From: Lama guanicoe
Lineage: Eukaryota
Reading direction: 5' to 3'
Length of the DNA: 64,000 bases
NCBI GenBank assembly: GCA_013239625.1
Contig: MU053472.1
Coordinates: forward strand, 1,691,236-1,755,235
Shown here: positions 25,510 through 39,301 of the stretch, piece by piece
Numbering within the stretch: the first letter of the stretch is position 1
Layout of the letters: every line of letters begins with the position of its first letter
The notes under the pieces: generated by a model
What the model was told of the DNA's origin: nothing
The model's input: only the letters and a program-made list of their open reading frames with translations
The model's database searches: none
Translations under genes and position numbers: made by a program

Positions 25510-27300
25510 AACAGCTAACCCCAGCACCTGTAGTATATTTATGCTTTTCAGTTACGACACTGTATATACTCTGAGTGATACGAAACAGTGGATAATCCCT
25601 GGGACAAAGATTATCATTGATGGGTTTAGATGGAAGTCACTGTGCAGCGCAGGGCAGCTTGATTCCAGTCACTCTCATCAGTGGGTGGAAGCCTACCTTG
25701 GGCCTTAGTGACCCGGATTCTTCAGTTACCAGCTATTATTTGCTTGCACAGCTCATGGCCCTGAACGAGGGGCATCTGTAATCTGCCAGTATGTAGTCTG
25801 CCTCATGGCAAACCAGAGCATTGGCCAGACCGTTGGCTTCTGCCCAAGTTTCAGTATAAATATAACATTTGCAGTCCTTTGGAGTATTGTCTAAAGCAGG
25901 AATCAGCAAACTGTTTCTTTAAAAGGCCAGGCAGTAAATATTTTATACTCTGCGTTCTTTATGTTCTCTATATGACCTCTGTCCTTGTGTCATAAGAACA
26001 TTCATAGATAATACATTAATGAATGGGTGTGATTGGCCCACAGTTAGAGTGACCCCTCAGTTAAAGCAGGGAACAGCTTTCCAGTATCCTGCTGTGCTGA
26101 TTGGTCCTTACATTTGTCCCTCCAGGGTTTTCATTGGTGCTGTGCGGCTAGCCTGGGCCAGTGGACACCATCACCTTTCATCTTATCCAAACTGTCACTG
26201 AGTCAGGCATTTAAAGGAAGCTCTGTGAATCAGGGGCCTGTTGAGCCAGGGGCATTGCTTCAGGCAGTACAGTAGGAGGTAAAGTAGCTGTAAAAACAGG
26301 GTGCTGCTTGGGCCAGTCTGGAACATGTTCTCAAATATACCATTCCCATGTGGCTAGCAAGCCCTGTTGCGCCTTTCCCATCATGCTCATCACCAGATTT
26401 GGATCGACCCATCCCATTGTGAGTCTGGAAATTCACAAGGCCTCCGTGGGCCAGTTGCTCAACTATAAGGACTTGGTAGCAGGTTGGTAGCTGCCATCTA
26501 AAACAGGCAGTGTACTTGGTCGCTGGATCAGGCAGGTGGCGATGTTGTACTGGGTTAACACCTCTGACTACCTTAGCGGCCATTAAGTCTCTACCTCAAC
26601 TTTTCCCTTCTGGAGTTCTGCTGTTTCTATTACCTAACGTGGGAAGGAACCGAAAGCCTAGCAGGTAGGCTGGTGGGCGCGTGTCTCACTCTCGCCTCAA
26701 TCTGCATGGCAGGGGATGCGCCCTGACACTTGCAAGCATGTCACTACAAACAAGCATGTCACTTAATACCAGTAAAACATTCATCTGCATGAGCCACAAC
26801 AATAGTACACCCACAAGGGCGCTTAGCTCCTCTCCCCTCCTGTGAACTGTGCTTACATTTCATTCCAGGGTATTTTTCTTCCTGCAGGGACATGGGCTGT
26901 TTCCCACTACACGAGACCGTAGACTAATGTGTTTAAGGTGCCCATGCTGGTTGTTCCAGTGACAGCTGCCAGGCATTCTCTTTATCCCCTATCTTGGTGA
27001 CAGGGGAGGCCAGCCTGCAGATAGTCTGGGGGCAGCTGGGAGCGTTAGCCTTTTTTTCTCTCTTGGCCAAGTGTGGGAGACGGTTATTTCCCCAGGGGCA
27101 TTGGTGCTGCTTGCCATTGCTCAGTGAGTGTCCGGGCTCAACAGCCCCTTCCTTTCTGCCCCACTCCTATCGCTGCCACCGTTCACACAGCAGTCCTTGG
27201 CACCTGGGGCCACCCCTCACCCTCGTCTCTATGCAGGTTCAGGCTGCAGCAGGAACAGGTTCTGTTATCACTGCTGACCCCATGGTGTTTCCAAGGTGTC
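25510..27300 (-). mobile_element. ERVL-class (class III) endogenous retrovirus internal relic with gag and pol tether/RNase H remnants; MER58-like insert at about 25895-26040
   Basis: GC-richer block. Minus-strand translation gives HLPDPATKYTACFRWQLPTCYQVLIVEQLAHGGLV and QQGLLATWEWYI*, resembling the ERVL pol motifs LP..A..Y.PFEKQLLACYWALVETE.LT and AQQ.SI.KWKWYI. Confidence 0.8.
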
Positions 27301-27839
27301 ACATTTTCTTTCTTTTTTCTTTTTTAGTTTAAATTTTTATTGAAATAATCATAGATTCATATACACATAAGAAATTGTACTAAGACAGCCCATGTACACT
27401 TTAACCAGTTTATCCCAATTGTAACATTTTGCAAAATGTGATTTCACCAGATTTACTCGCATGTGTGTACAAACTTACTGCATTAACCTTGTTGCTTTGT
27501 CAGAGTTACAGTATGTTTTACTGAAAGTGTACTTATCAAACTTGAAGGATAGAAATTATTAAAGTGTTGGGTTGGGAATGTCTCTAGAACTTGTATATGA
27601 ATTCTGATGCAGGTAGCTTATTTTTAATAATTTTCTCTTCATTAAACATAACCTCGTCTGATGGTTGGACCTTGTCTAGTTTGTTTTTTGCTCTGTGGGA
27701 TTTGTCTTTATGGTTTTGATTGCCATTTTTACAGGCTTCTGAAAGTATAGTACTCTTGCATTTGAGACTTTTTAATCTAAGGATTCTCTGCTTTTAAGTT
27801 TTCTTTCTTTTTTTAAAAAGAGATTTGGAAAGGGAATTT

Positions 27840-28190
27840 AATACATTAGTCAGATTGGGTTTGGCTACAGAAACAAACTGCTATTTAATGGTGGTTTAAA
27901 AAAAACCCAGGATTTATTTTTCTCACTTTACAAGAAAGCTGCTGCTGGTTTTGGTACAGTTGCTCAACAATGTCTCAGTAACTCTTGCTCTTTGTCTCAT
28001 GATTGCTTTATAAATTGCCACTCTAGTGGGCATCATTTCTGAGTTCAAAGCAGTAAGGTGAATCCAAGGAGTAAGGACAGCTTCAGTGATGTTAATTCCT
28101 TTCATCAGGAAAGTGAATACTTTCCCAGAGTCCTGCAGTAGCATCCTGATTTTGTCTGACTGATCGTAACTACGTCAGCATCTGCTGTAA
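27840..28190 (-). mobile_element. Old MLT1-type LTR relic
   Basis: ttagtcagattgggtttggctacagaaac...ggtggtttaaa...atttatttttctcac start. Confidence 0.5.
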
Positions 28191-28539
28191 GCAAGGCTGT
28201 GGGAGGCACATAGGAAGCATCTGTGCTGGTGGCAGGTGAGGGAGTGTAGGTTGGAGACTGGCTGTGTGGTTTGCCATCCACTAGTTCATCTGTATAACTG
28301 TAAATCAAGATATAGAACATTGTCATCATCCCAGAAAGTTTCCTCCTGTCCTTTTCAGTCAGTCTTCTGCCCCACTCACCCCCTAGGAAATCGTTGCTAT
28401 TACTTCATAAAAAAAAAAGTATCTTATATATGATTTCTAAGGTTTGCTATGGGGCTGGGGAACTGCCATTTCGGGTCAGTTTATTTTTTTTTCTAGCTCC
28501 ATTTTACAGACTTGAGGTTCATATCAGAGTCATTATCCG

Positions 28540-28692
28540 AGGGTTCTAAAGCTGCAGGTTTATTGGTCATATCTCCCCCAAGACCTCCTGACACCTCCTG
28601 AATTGTAATTCTGAAGGTGGCACCAAAGGGTCTGTATGTCCTACAAATAACGTGGGTGCTTCTTAACACGCTAGAGTTAGAGAGTCTCTACT
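28540..28692. mobile_element. MER5-like hAT relic
   Basis: ggttct...ctgaattgtaattctgaaggtggcacc...tctgtatg...gtgcttctt...gagttagagagtc layout. Confidence 0.45.
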
Positions 28693-31044
28693 TTAGATTT
28701 TAGGATGTTAAAATAACCCTAAATTTTAAAATTGCTGTCATTAGTTAATTGGGTTTGGGGGTAGATTTGGGGCATAAATTTGGAGCCTAGTCTGATGCTA
28801 ATTTCTGTATCTTAGACACTTAAATGTAGTAACCCTTAATTCTCGTGCTCAAATACTCTTATATGTAATTTTAATTCAACCTGTTTTGATAATTAAATAT
28901 ACATTTGGGTTTTTTGTTTTGATAAAATGTTACACATAATTGTATGTCTGCTGTATTAGATTTTTGTTGCCCCAGATATTTTTGTTTTGGATTATTAAAT
29001 CAATGAAATTGATTTAGATTGCCTAAAAATGTTTGTATAAATTAGAATTACTGGAATACAGCTGCAGCATATTTTAACCAATAAATATAATAGCTTTCTA
29101 TAGGCCTAATTGGCTTCTAGTAGCCAAGTTTTACATCATTACAATAAGAAGCAAGTGTGAGATGTTATAAATATGCCAAATAATACATTTAAAGAACAAT
29201 AAATTATATAACCTAATATACATTTGCAAAACATTTTATTAAGCACTCTGTGCGTTTTATTTGTATCTCATTAGTTAAGAATTGTGACATTTGTTTATTT
29301 AAAAGCTATACATTGATAATAATGAGTGTCCTAATGAGAGTTCTGAGTCCTTTTTGTTTTTAATAACGTATGAAAAAAAATCCAACTTGTTTGATAACGT
29401 GAACGGTTATATCATTCTGCATTTTGTGGGTGGGTGACTCGTTATCATCTGTAATGTTATTTAAAGGATTAAAGTTTCTCTAGTTTCTTGACAGCCAATG
29501 TCTTTAACAACTCTTCTCTGCTCACTTATGTATCCTGATGTATCTTTAAGGTCACAGAGCAGAGTCACTTCTCTAACAGCAGTTTTCCAAGGAAGCATTT
29601 AGGTGGAATTCCATCTCTTGCCTTGATACTGATTTTAGCACCACCTCATATCAGAAGTATTCTTAAAATGAAAGAAGGAAACTTCTCTTCATTGGCAGAC
29701 CAAGAAGTGGTCTTGATTATAAGTGTTATGGAAAAAGGTTTTAGATAACACGGTTTAGTTCCACTGTGGATGGAACATAAATTATTCAATAAGCCTAAAG
29801 ATGTTTTTCTTTATATATTTGATTCTGGCTTGTGTTAATGCATTCGACATTATGATGGTAAATTTTTCTGGTGCTATGTTTCTTTTCTTTTCTCTTACTT
29901 CTGCTATTAACACTTTACTTTGTCCTGCCCCTTCCTTTTCTCTTTCTTTCCTGTAAGCTGAATGTGATTGTAGGCAAAGTACAGAGGTCAAACACTTGCA
30001 GAATGACTTTCTATTCCTAAATCTAGAATCCCTGGGAATTAAATTTGTCAGCTTTCAGGTGATTCTTTAATTATAACAATAATGTGTCATTTGGATGTGT
30101 CACAGTAATTGAAATGGGCTGGCGTGTGGTTGAATTTGGTGTTTAGCCATGTATTGATAACTTTTGTCTAGCAATGAAGTATTATCTTATTTTGATGTAT
30201 AAGACTAAAATTTTCTTTTTTATCTCAAATATTCCAGGCTTTTTTAGAGACTTGTACTCTGATGAATACTTATAGCTTTTGGTAGTAGACTATTTCTGGA
30301 ATATTAGTCAAGATTTTAAGCTGAATTTAGGCTTATTTGTATATTTAATATAGTGAAGAATGGCTTTGATTTTTTGAGTTTTACTTAGCTCATGTTGTTA
30401 CAATGATAGTATTTTTTGTATTTATATATATATACATATACATTTTTTAGTGTTCAATCCTACTCGCAAACATCTTTATTTTACCATACTTTTTGGTTGT
30501 ATGGATTAATTTTTTTTAATGTTCTGTTTGACAAGTGTTTTATGTAATACAAAATTATTATCATTTGGTCAGTGTAGAAATCTTTCTGTATCTGTGACTT
30601 GCCTTTGTCTTTAGAGACTGTGGTTAAAACAATATTGGATTTTACTTGGCTTTCTTTTTTAAGTATAGAAGTAGAGACATTTTTGTTCAATTTGTTACCA
30701 TTAAACTGACATCAAGATAAAAGAAATAAATACAATTTGCTAATTTGAAAGTGCTGAAACTATATTCAGTGCCTCATAAATGTTATATTTATCAATTTAG
30801 TGACTGACTTTCTCTAGATCAAGTCTGTAGCCAGCTAGTTGTTTTTGTAAATAAAGGCTCTTAATGAGCATAGCTACATGCAGTCATTTACATGTATTTT
30901 CTATGGCGACTTTGACACTGGAAGAGCAGAGTTGAGTAGTTCCAACAGCCAGCAGAGATTGTATGCCCTGCAGTGTTTGCTAACCACTGCAGATATAAAA
31001 GTTGTTACTTTTTTTTTGTTTGTTTTTTTGTTTGTTTTGTTTTG

Positions 31045-31540
31045 TTTGCTTTTTATTATCAAAGTGTTTTTTTAATTAAATAACTTTGACATGCAGCTTT
31101 GTGTAAATTTAAAGATGTGCAGTATGTTACTTTGATGCATTTGTATTTTGTAATACGGTTGGTGTTCTAGTCATATTTATTGCATTGCATAATTATTGTA
31201 TAATGTTATTGTCTATATTCAGCATACTGTGTATTAAATCTCTATGGCTTATTTACTAGTGGTAGAAGTTTGTACCTATCAATCTTATCCCCCCACTCCC
31301 ATCCCTGGTAACCACCTCTGTTTTTTATAGGTTTCCTTTTCATGGATTTCACGTACAAGTGATGTCATAGTGTACTTTCTCTGTCTGACTTACCTTGTTT
31401 AGCATAGTGTGTTCAAAGTCCATCCATGTTATTGCAAATAACAGGATATCCTTCTTTTCGTGGCTGCATAATATTCCACTGTGTATATATCACATCTCTT
31501 CTCTCCATTCATCTGTTGATAGGCATATGGGTTGTCATTA
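31045..31540 (-). mobile_element. L1MA-like 3' end, antisense
   Basis: T-rich tail, ccctggtaaccac, ctgacttaccttgtttagcatagtg, catccatgttattgcaaata, ccattcatctgttgatag. Confidence 0.8.
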
Positions 31541-31699
31541 GAGTGTTTTGAGACATTTTTTTCTTTTGTATCCCACCTCTCTTCAGGGTCCTATATCTCT
31601 GTCTCCTGAAGCACCTTCTGCTTAACTTTCCTTCAGCTACCTGCATCCCCACTACAAGTCCACTCCCCTGCATTTCAGTTCCACAATCATTCTTCCAAA

Positions 31700-31807
31700 A
31701 TTTTCTTTTTCGTTTCATTTTATTTCATTTCTCTTCTTTTCTCTTCTCTCCTTCTTCCTTCCTTCCTTCCTTTCTCTCATTCTCTCATTTCTTTTTCTTT
31801 CTTTCTT

Positions 31808-31850
<43 letters not shown>

Positions 31851-31975
31851 CTTCCTACTTTCTTTTCCTTCCTTCCTTCCTTCCTTCCTTCCTTCCTTCC
31901 TTCCTTCCTTCCTTCCTTCTTCTCTCCTTCCTTCTTTCCTTCCTTTCTTCCTTTCTTGTTTACCTTTTCTTTATT
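31700..31975. repeat. Compound (TTTC)n/(TTCC)n/(TC)n polypyrimidine microsatellite
   Basis: Nearly pure C/T tract with a perfect TTCC run at about 31865-31918. Confidence 0.95.
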
Positions 31976-32946
31976 TTAGAGGGAAGGAGAGGGAGGAAGG
32001 CAGGGAGAAGGTAGACAGACTGGTTTGGCTCCACTATTTCTTAAGTAAAATCCAAACACTCCTTACACCTCTTGCTCTGGCTTTTGCTGTCTTTCATCTT
32101 GTTTCTGACATAACTGAACTACTTTGCCCATTATTTCCATCTTATATCTGTGCTTTTTTATCTAAGGTGGGTTATCTGAGTATATCTAAATTGGAATGAC
32201 TATCTCTTCTTTCTCTGTAAGTATATCCTACTTCAAAACCCATTTCCAGAACCCAGAGCTATTCAGATAATGTTTTTGGGGCCATTCCTAACCCTCTACC
32301 TTCACAAACATCTCCTTTTCACCTCTCACAGATTTCATATTTTCCTTCCTTTTTGTTACCACTGTGCCTTGTGTGTAAGACAGTTATTTCACTTTTATAT
32401 GTAATGTTTTTGCAGATTTCTTACGCCTTTTCTTCCTGTTATGCTGTGAGCTCAGGGATTATTTCTGATTCGCCTCGTTTCTAGTACCTTTTGGCATGGT
32501 GCCCAATGAATATTTGTTGAGTGAATCATTGGGTAAATAATCTCACCTACACTGTATAATCTGTATCTTAATTTTAACTGCCCTGTGCTATTTAAAAGGC
32601 AGATTTCTTTTAAGAAATAAATATGACCCTTGTATTTCTTTCCCCTTCCCAAATATAGCTCTGTCGGGTGAAACTGTCTAGGTCCTCTTTTCAGACATGG
32701 CCCTCTATACAGCAAGGGATAGGATTCCCTATTCTAGACCTTATCAAATCCCTGGCAGGGAGTTTTGATCCATATTCTCCATGAATCTAATCTTTAGAGT
32801 AAATACTTTAAATTTATAACCTGACTTAGGTAAATTTAATAACGAAACAAGCATTTCTGTTCATATTTGGTAATATGTGTGTGATACTCTTTGATAAATG
32901 CAAATAGCTTCAATCATTTCGGTGTTTTTCCATATCTCATTTCTAG

Positions 32947-33264
<318 letters not shown>

Positions 33265-34369
33265 TAATTTTCCGATCTGGGATGAAATCAACCCATTTTT
33301 CTAATTCATTCATACAAAGACAAGAATCTTAAGTCCACTTGGGGGCATTCTTAATTTCTTTTATTTATAATATACAGAAGCCAATATAGTAATGGTGATC
33401 ACTGCCATGCTACTTTAACTCCTTAACCCTTTCACTCTGTATGGGATCGTTGATGTCATATGTATAGAATATCATGTTTGAGACTATTTTCATAAATTTA
33501 GAGATTGAATCTTGTATCTATTAGATCTTTCTCAGGAAACTGTTTTTAACCAGAGTCAGTACTGTTGTTCATGAAGAAATGTTCATTGTCAGAGAGGAAT
33601 AGTCCTGAGCCACATGTAGTTTAGAGCAGCATTTGCATTTTATTTTAAAATATCCGTCTGTGGGATTTCTCCCAATATGTTGCAGGAAAAACAAAAACGT
33701 GTAGGTCAGTAATGTAACCTTAGAGCAGATAGTTGTGTAACCAGCATCCCAACCAACATATGAAATATGACCAGAACTCCGCCTTTGTGCCCCTTTTCCA
33801 TAAAAGCAAGCCATGATTCTGACTTTTAGGGTAATAACTTCCTTACTTTTTAAAAATAGTTTTATTCCTAGGAAAGTATCCTTAAACAGTGTTCATTTTT
33901 TTTTATGGATTACGCATATTTTTGTGTAGTCATCTTCTGTAACATGTTTGTGAGGTTAATTCATGTATTTTTAGGAAGGTTTAATTTATTTATTTCCATT
34001 GCTCTTACATATTTCATTGTCAAAATATATTTCTACTTAGTTATTTATCCTTTATCCAACTGTTGATGTATATTTGGGTGGTTTCTGTGTGGAGTTATTA
34101 TGTATAATGAAGAGTTGAAAACTCTTGGTGCAAATGTGTACTCATTTTTGAGTGCAAAAATTAGGTTACAATGTATGCAAATTTTGACCTTGGTAGATAA
34201 TATCAGAGTGATTGTACCTACCAGAATGAAAGAAAATATTTGTTGACATTAGATGACACTTTGTTATTTGGAGTATTACAGCTTCTCCTTGACAGATGAC
34301 CAATTTAGGTTTTTAAATATAGGGAATTTTACATAGAGAGATTACGGTTACTCCAGGAAACAATTCTCA

Positions 34370-34860
34370 TTTATTTAATTGATTTGAGATTTGTAAAATG
34401 AAATTAACCATTTAAATGTTAACAATTCAGTGGCATTCAGTCCAGTCACAGTATTTTGCAGCCACCACTTTGTTTAGTTCCAAATGTATTTTCTTCACCC
34501 CAGACAAAAACTGCATTTTCTTTAAGCAATTATTCCCCACCCTTCTGTCCCCAAGCCCCTAGCAGCTACTTTCCATCTCTTTGGATTTATCTGTTACGGA
34601 TATTTCATATAACTGAAGTCATAAAATATATGACCGTTTGTTTTGGGTTTCTTTCATGTAGCATGGTGTTTTCAGGGTACAGCCACATTGTAGTATCTAT
34701 CAGTATTTCATTCTTTTTTAAGGTTGAATAATAATCCATTGTATGTATGTATGTACCACAGTTTTTCATTCAGTCATTCACTGATGGACATTTGGATTGT
34801 TTCTGCTTTTTAGCATTTGTCGATAGTGCTGTTATGGACATGCGTGTACAATTCTTACAA
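34370..34860 (-). mobile_element. L1MB-like 3' end, antisense
   Basis: aaaatgaaattaaccatttaaa...caattcagtggcatt, ccaagcccctagcagctact, gatggacatttggattgtttc. Confidence 0.8.
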
Positions 34861-35364
34861 TTCTTTTTCCTGTTTACCTAACCTTATTTATTTTAGCCGC
34901 TGCTTGAACACATATCCTTTTGTAATACCTGATCAATTCAAGGTGTATATTTTCTAGTGGAAGTTTTAATACAGACCAAAAAAATATGTAGGTAAATAGA
35001 ATCTCGGGGAGAAATTCTTTATCTCAAAGAATTTGGGGCCTCATTTTTCTCCTTAGATGATGTTTTGTGCTTTGGCCCTATTATATTTCTAAGAATAGTT
35101 GTTATTCATGTATATTTAACCAGTGATCCATGATTTTCTAGGTTGAAAATCTTTTTATAATAAGTCCTCGGTTAAAACAGTCATTTAAAAAAGATTTAGA
35201 GTTTTTTGAAAAAGTTTAGAAAGCTCTTGGGTATTCATATTTTCAGCCATTTGCAATAAGTTTTACTTCAGAAATAATTACTTACATTAAGTGTAACTGT
35301 TTTGTCATACGCTTAGGTAGTAGTATAGGTTTCTTTAAAGACCTTGATTTTTTTCTGTTGAATA

Positions 35365-35518
35365 TTTTTTTTATTGAAGTATAATAGATTTACAAATGTT
35401 GTTAGTTTTAGCTATGCAGCAAGGTTATTCAGTTATCTATATATTCAGATCATATTCCATTATAGGTTATTATAAGAATGTTGAATATAGTTCCCTATGC
35501 TGTAAATCCTTGTTGCCT
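35365..35518 (-). mobile_element. Cetartiodactyl L1 3' end
   Basis: tttattgaagtataatagatttacaa...aatatagttccctatgct. Flanking gttgaatatt / gttgagtatatt suggests a TSD. Confidence 0.75.
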
Positions 35519-36599
35519 GGGTTGAGTATATTTCTTAACTTGAATTTCACCAAACACTTTATGGAGAACGATTCAGTGTGTATGTGGGGCAGCTAGGTTG
35601 ACCAGAGAACCAGATGTATTAGTAGAAACATTAGGAGGAATTTATAGTCTTTACATTTATACATCTTCAGAGGGCATTCTTTTGAGCTCCTTTTTTCTTC
35701 CTATTCTTCCTTCTCTAATAAGCACACATACCAGGTTCTGTGCTAGGCTTTGGGCATAATGTGCACAGAAAATTAAGGTCATCTCTGCCCTTGTCCAAGG
35801 GAAAAAATAGATGTTGAATGACTGAACAAATACCTTTCAATGTATTTTTTGCTGAAGTATGCAAAGTGCCAGCCAATTAAGGATTTCTCATTTGTAAAAT
35901 ATCAAATAGTTGAAGCGTAATCCTTGATTTCTCTGTCAAAATATATTATTTTCTCTCAGTGTTACTGGTTTCACAGCTTTCTTCATAGTTTTGCATAAAG
36001 CCAGCAGAAGACCTCTCAGAGAGGAGATTATAGACTGGTAATACTGCTTTTCTTAAATTCCCTTTTGAAAGCAAGGAATTTCAGGAGACATTTCCCTGCT
36101 GATAACACATGCTAAATTTTTATTATGTTGGAATTTAGCCTCCTTACTCTGTGTAGTTTTTCTCATTTTTCGAAGTGCAGACATTAGAGCGGTGGTCATT
36201 TTTCTTTATGTTCTTTTTGTATCTTGCATGTCAAAACAAAATGGGCATTGTTGTTGCTTAGTTCTAAAAATGATGTATTTACAGTTTGTGTGGATAAACA
36301 GTCTGATGCTAGTCAAAAACAATGTAAACCTTTGAACAGGGAGGAATTCATCTTGAAAATGAATCATGCTTTGGCGGTATTACCGTTGTTTGTCTGTGCT
36401 CTTTTTAGCAAAGTAAAGGAAACTGTTAAATAACAGTTGATATAGGGATATTTCCTTTTTACTCTCTGGAGTCAATCCAGTTTAGGTTGGGATTATTTTA
36501 TCTATTTGCCATTTTTTACTTAGCAGAGGATGTTTATTTGAAATATATTCTCTCTAAATATCTCTTTAATTTCTGATCTTGTTGCCTAGACCGTAAGTC

Positions 36600-37040
36600 T
36601 TTATGAGGGGTTCTTCAGATACGTGAACATGGATAGGAAAAAACATTTCACCTTTCTGTTTACGATCCTCTAACCAAAATTAAGTGTTTTCTTCATTATG
36701 ATTATAGACAATACACAACAGTGATAAATAACAGTACTTGTGACATTGTTACCAGTAAAAGCAGATGTTTTCATATCACATTATATACAAAATACATATA
36801 TATGAATATATACATTGAATATTGTTGATGCTCATCATTGCTTGGGAATTATCACATATTATTATATAATAATATTATTGATTTTAACACTTACTACATA
36901 TATTACTATAACCGAACTTAATTTTTAAACTAAATTGATAGCTAAACTGCAATATAATTGGTTTTCTTTGTAATTCTATGTGTTGTATCCCATGCATTTC
37001 TAAGTGTTATTCTGACAACAAGTCCAGGTGGTCCATGATA
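36600..37040 (+). mobile_element. Second MER113-like hAT relic
   Basis: gtgaacatggataggaaaaaac..., cagtacttgtgacattgttacca, aatataattggttttctttgtaattctatg, ttattctga...ggtccatga. Confidence 0.7.
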
Positions 37041-37699
37041 TCATTTCTTACCTCATCTGTTTCAGCAGCCTCTTGGCACCGCCAAAACCCTCACCGCCAA
37101 ACACACACTTCTTTTTTTTAACCACTGCAGACATTTTCTTTGTTTTCTTCCACTTTTCTGCTCGGAAAGTCTTTCAGTGTCTCACTGTGCCTTCTGAAGA
37201 AGGTTCCAGCTTATTCCCAGCTTCTTATCACACCACACCTGCATTTCTGTACCCTTCCCTGAAAATGCCACATCATTTTAATGCACAAATTTTTTTCTAC
37301 TTGAAATAATTGTCATCCCCTTGAATGCCTACTAAAATCCCACTTCATTATGATCTAGCTATAAAAATATCACATCACCTCTTAAGCTGCTTTTAAACAT
37401 TTCTTGGTGGTGTCTTCTGTGTCAGCCTCGCTATTGGCACAGTGAACATAGTTTTATTATATTTTAATATGTTAATTGTTCACTGACAAGCCTGTGTCTC
37501 CCAGTAGACTGACCTCCAGAAGAAAGGGTTTTTTTCTTGTTGGTATTTGTATCTTGGCACCTCATGTAGAATTTGGTAAAATGTAGATTCCAAGGCTTCA
37601 AGTGTCATTAGAGGTTCTTCTAATAAAAACAATTTATTACTTGTCAAAATGAAGAGATTGTCATTCATGGTCCCATTTATTTTCATTTTGACATCTTTG

Positions 37700-39040
37700 A
37701 GATTCTTCCATTTTTTCAGCTATTAGTTAGTGTTACTATGTCCAGGCAGTGTTCCTGAGCTCCAGGAAAAAAGCAGTGAACAAAAGAGGAAAACATCCCT
37801 GTTCCCATCGAGCTGGCTTTCTAGTGGAGTGATGGGAACGATCAGTAGAATACATGATAAGAAGATGGATAGATGGATAGTTTTAAGTACTAGGGAGAAA
37901 AATAAAGGACGGGAAATAGGGAGTGCCTGGAGGAGACTGCACTTTGAAATTAGAATGCTTCCAGCAGGCCTTATTGAGATGATGACGTTTGAGCAAAGAG
38001 CTGATGGAAGTGTGGGAGAAAGTCATGCAGATACCTGCAGACAGCGTTTCAGGCAGGAGGGCCACCAACGTAAAAGCCCCGATCTGGGAATGTGTCTAGA
38101 GTGTTCAAGAAAAGACAAGGAGGCTCGTGTGGCCGAGGCGTAGTGTGCAAGGTGCAGAGCAGAAGATGAGGTGAGAGAGGAGACGTGGCCGGATCGTGTC
38201 AGCCTTTGACTTTCACTCAGAGTGACGTGGAGGGGACGCTGTGGAGGGTTTTGAGTGACATGGTGAGACTGCGGTTGGACAGGATCTGAATGGAGCTCTG
38301 TGTTGAGAATGCAGTCTTTGGCCGACAAGAGGAGAAGCCTAGTGAGACCAGTTAGGGGAGAGTATTGCAAAGACCAAGTCAGGGTGGCTTGTCAGGCTTC
38401 TGGCCTGAACAGCAGAAAGATGGTGCTACCTTCAGGTCAAATGAGGAACACAGAGTTAAAGCAGGTCTGGGGTTAGACACAGGATCAGGAGTTCTGGACA
38501 TGTGGAGTTAAACATGTGTCTTAACCTCCTAGGGATGGTTGGTTTTGTGAATCTGGGGTTCAGTGGGAAGGAACAGGCTGAGAATAAATGGAAGGCATAG
38601 ATGAAGAAAGCCCGAAGCAGGATGAGATCACCCAGTAGGTGAATGAGTATTAGAAGATGACGATGTCCCAGGACTGGGCCCCGAGTCCCTCCAGAGTTAA
38701 GTAGTGAGTGTCACAGAAGGGAAAACCGCACATGAAGAATCCTAGAGGCCAAACGAAGACCTTTTTTTTTTTTTTCCTGAGTAGAGGGAGTGATTAATGT
38801 GTTAAATTCTGCTGATAGGTCAACTAAGATAAAGACTGAGAAAAAGATAGAATACCATCAAATTTAGTAATGTAGAGGACATGTGGCTTTGATAAGAGAA
38901 GTCTGGGTGGAGTGGTGGGGGCCTGACAGGAGTGAATTTTATTAAAGATGGAAAGAGAGAAGCTGGAGACCAGTATTGACAGGTCTTTCAACGGGCATTG
39001 ATTGTAAAGGGGAGCAGGATATGGGGGGGAGTTAGAGGGC
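37700..39040 (-). mobile_element. L2 (L2a-like) 3' portion, antisense
   Basis: tactatgtccaggcagtgttc...cagtgaacaaaa, ggccttattgagatgatgacgtttgagcaaaga, ggatgagatcacc, aattctgctgataggtcaa motifs; purine-rich. Confidence 0.85.
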
Positions 39041-39247
39041 AAAGAGGAGATTGCTTCTGTTTTCTCACGGAAGTAGGAAGTGAGCGTGGTTGCAGGCATT
39101 GGGAGCTTTAAGGAGAAAGGCAAATAGCCCTTTGGGACATGAGGCATTCCTTTTACCAGTTAGTAAATTTCTGCTGAATGAAGAAACCATTTCTGCCACT
39201 ATTATTTATGCCCCAAGCAAATTTAATTACTTGCTTTTGCTTTTCAG

Positions 39248-39301
39248 CTTCAATCAACACCTTGTTCCTGCGCCTGAATTGCTTTCCGCTTATTTCTTCA
39301 G
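39248..39301 (+). CDS. BCAS3: Candidate alternative in-frame cassette exon of BCAS3 (54 nt, phase 1 to 1), adding ASINTLFLRLNCFPLISS
   Basis: Acceptor ttgcttttgcttttcag| and donor CAG|gtaaac. Length is divisible by 3, with no stop in the frame set by the flanking exons. Non-repetitive, YGCY-rich flanks. No transcript evidence available. Confidence 0.55.

Noticed and set aside
26732..26763. Direct repeat caagcatgtcact x2 resembling p53 half-sites
   Set aside because: Local duplication inside the ERV relic; imperfect half-sites with non-canonical spacing.
33780..33815. Short resemblance (tttccataaaagc...ccatg) to my recollection of the human BCAS3 short alternative exon
   Set aside because: Wrong intron, no splice sites, and it lies in old L1-like sequence; coincidental.
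37730..38370. Overlapping 137-aa and 115-aa ORFs
   Set aside because: Both lie entirely within an L2 relic; chance open frames.
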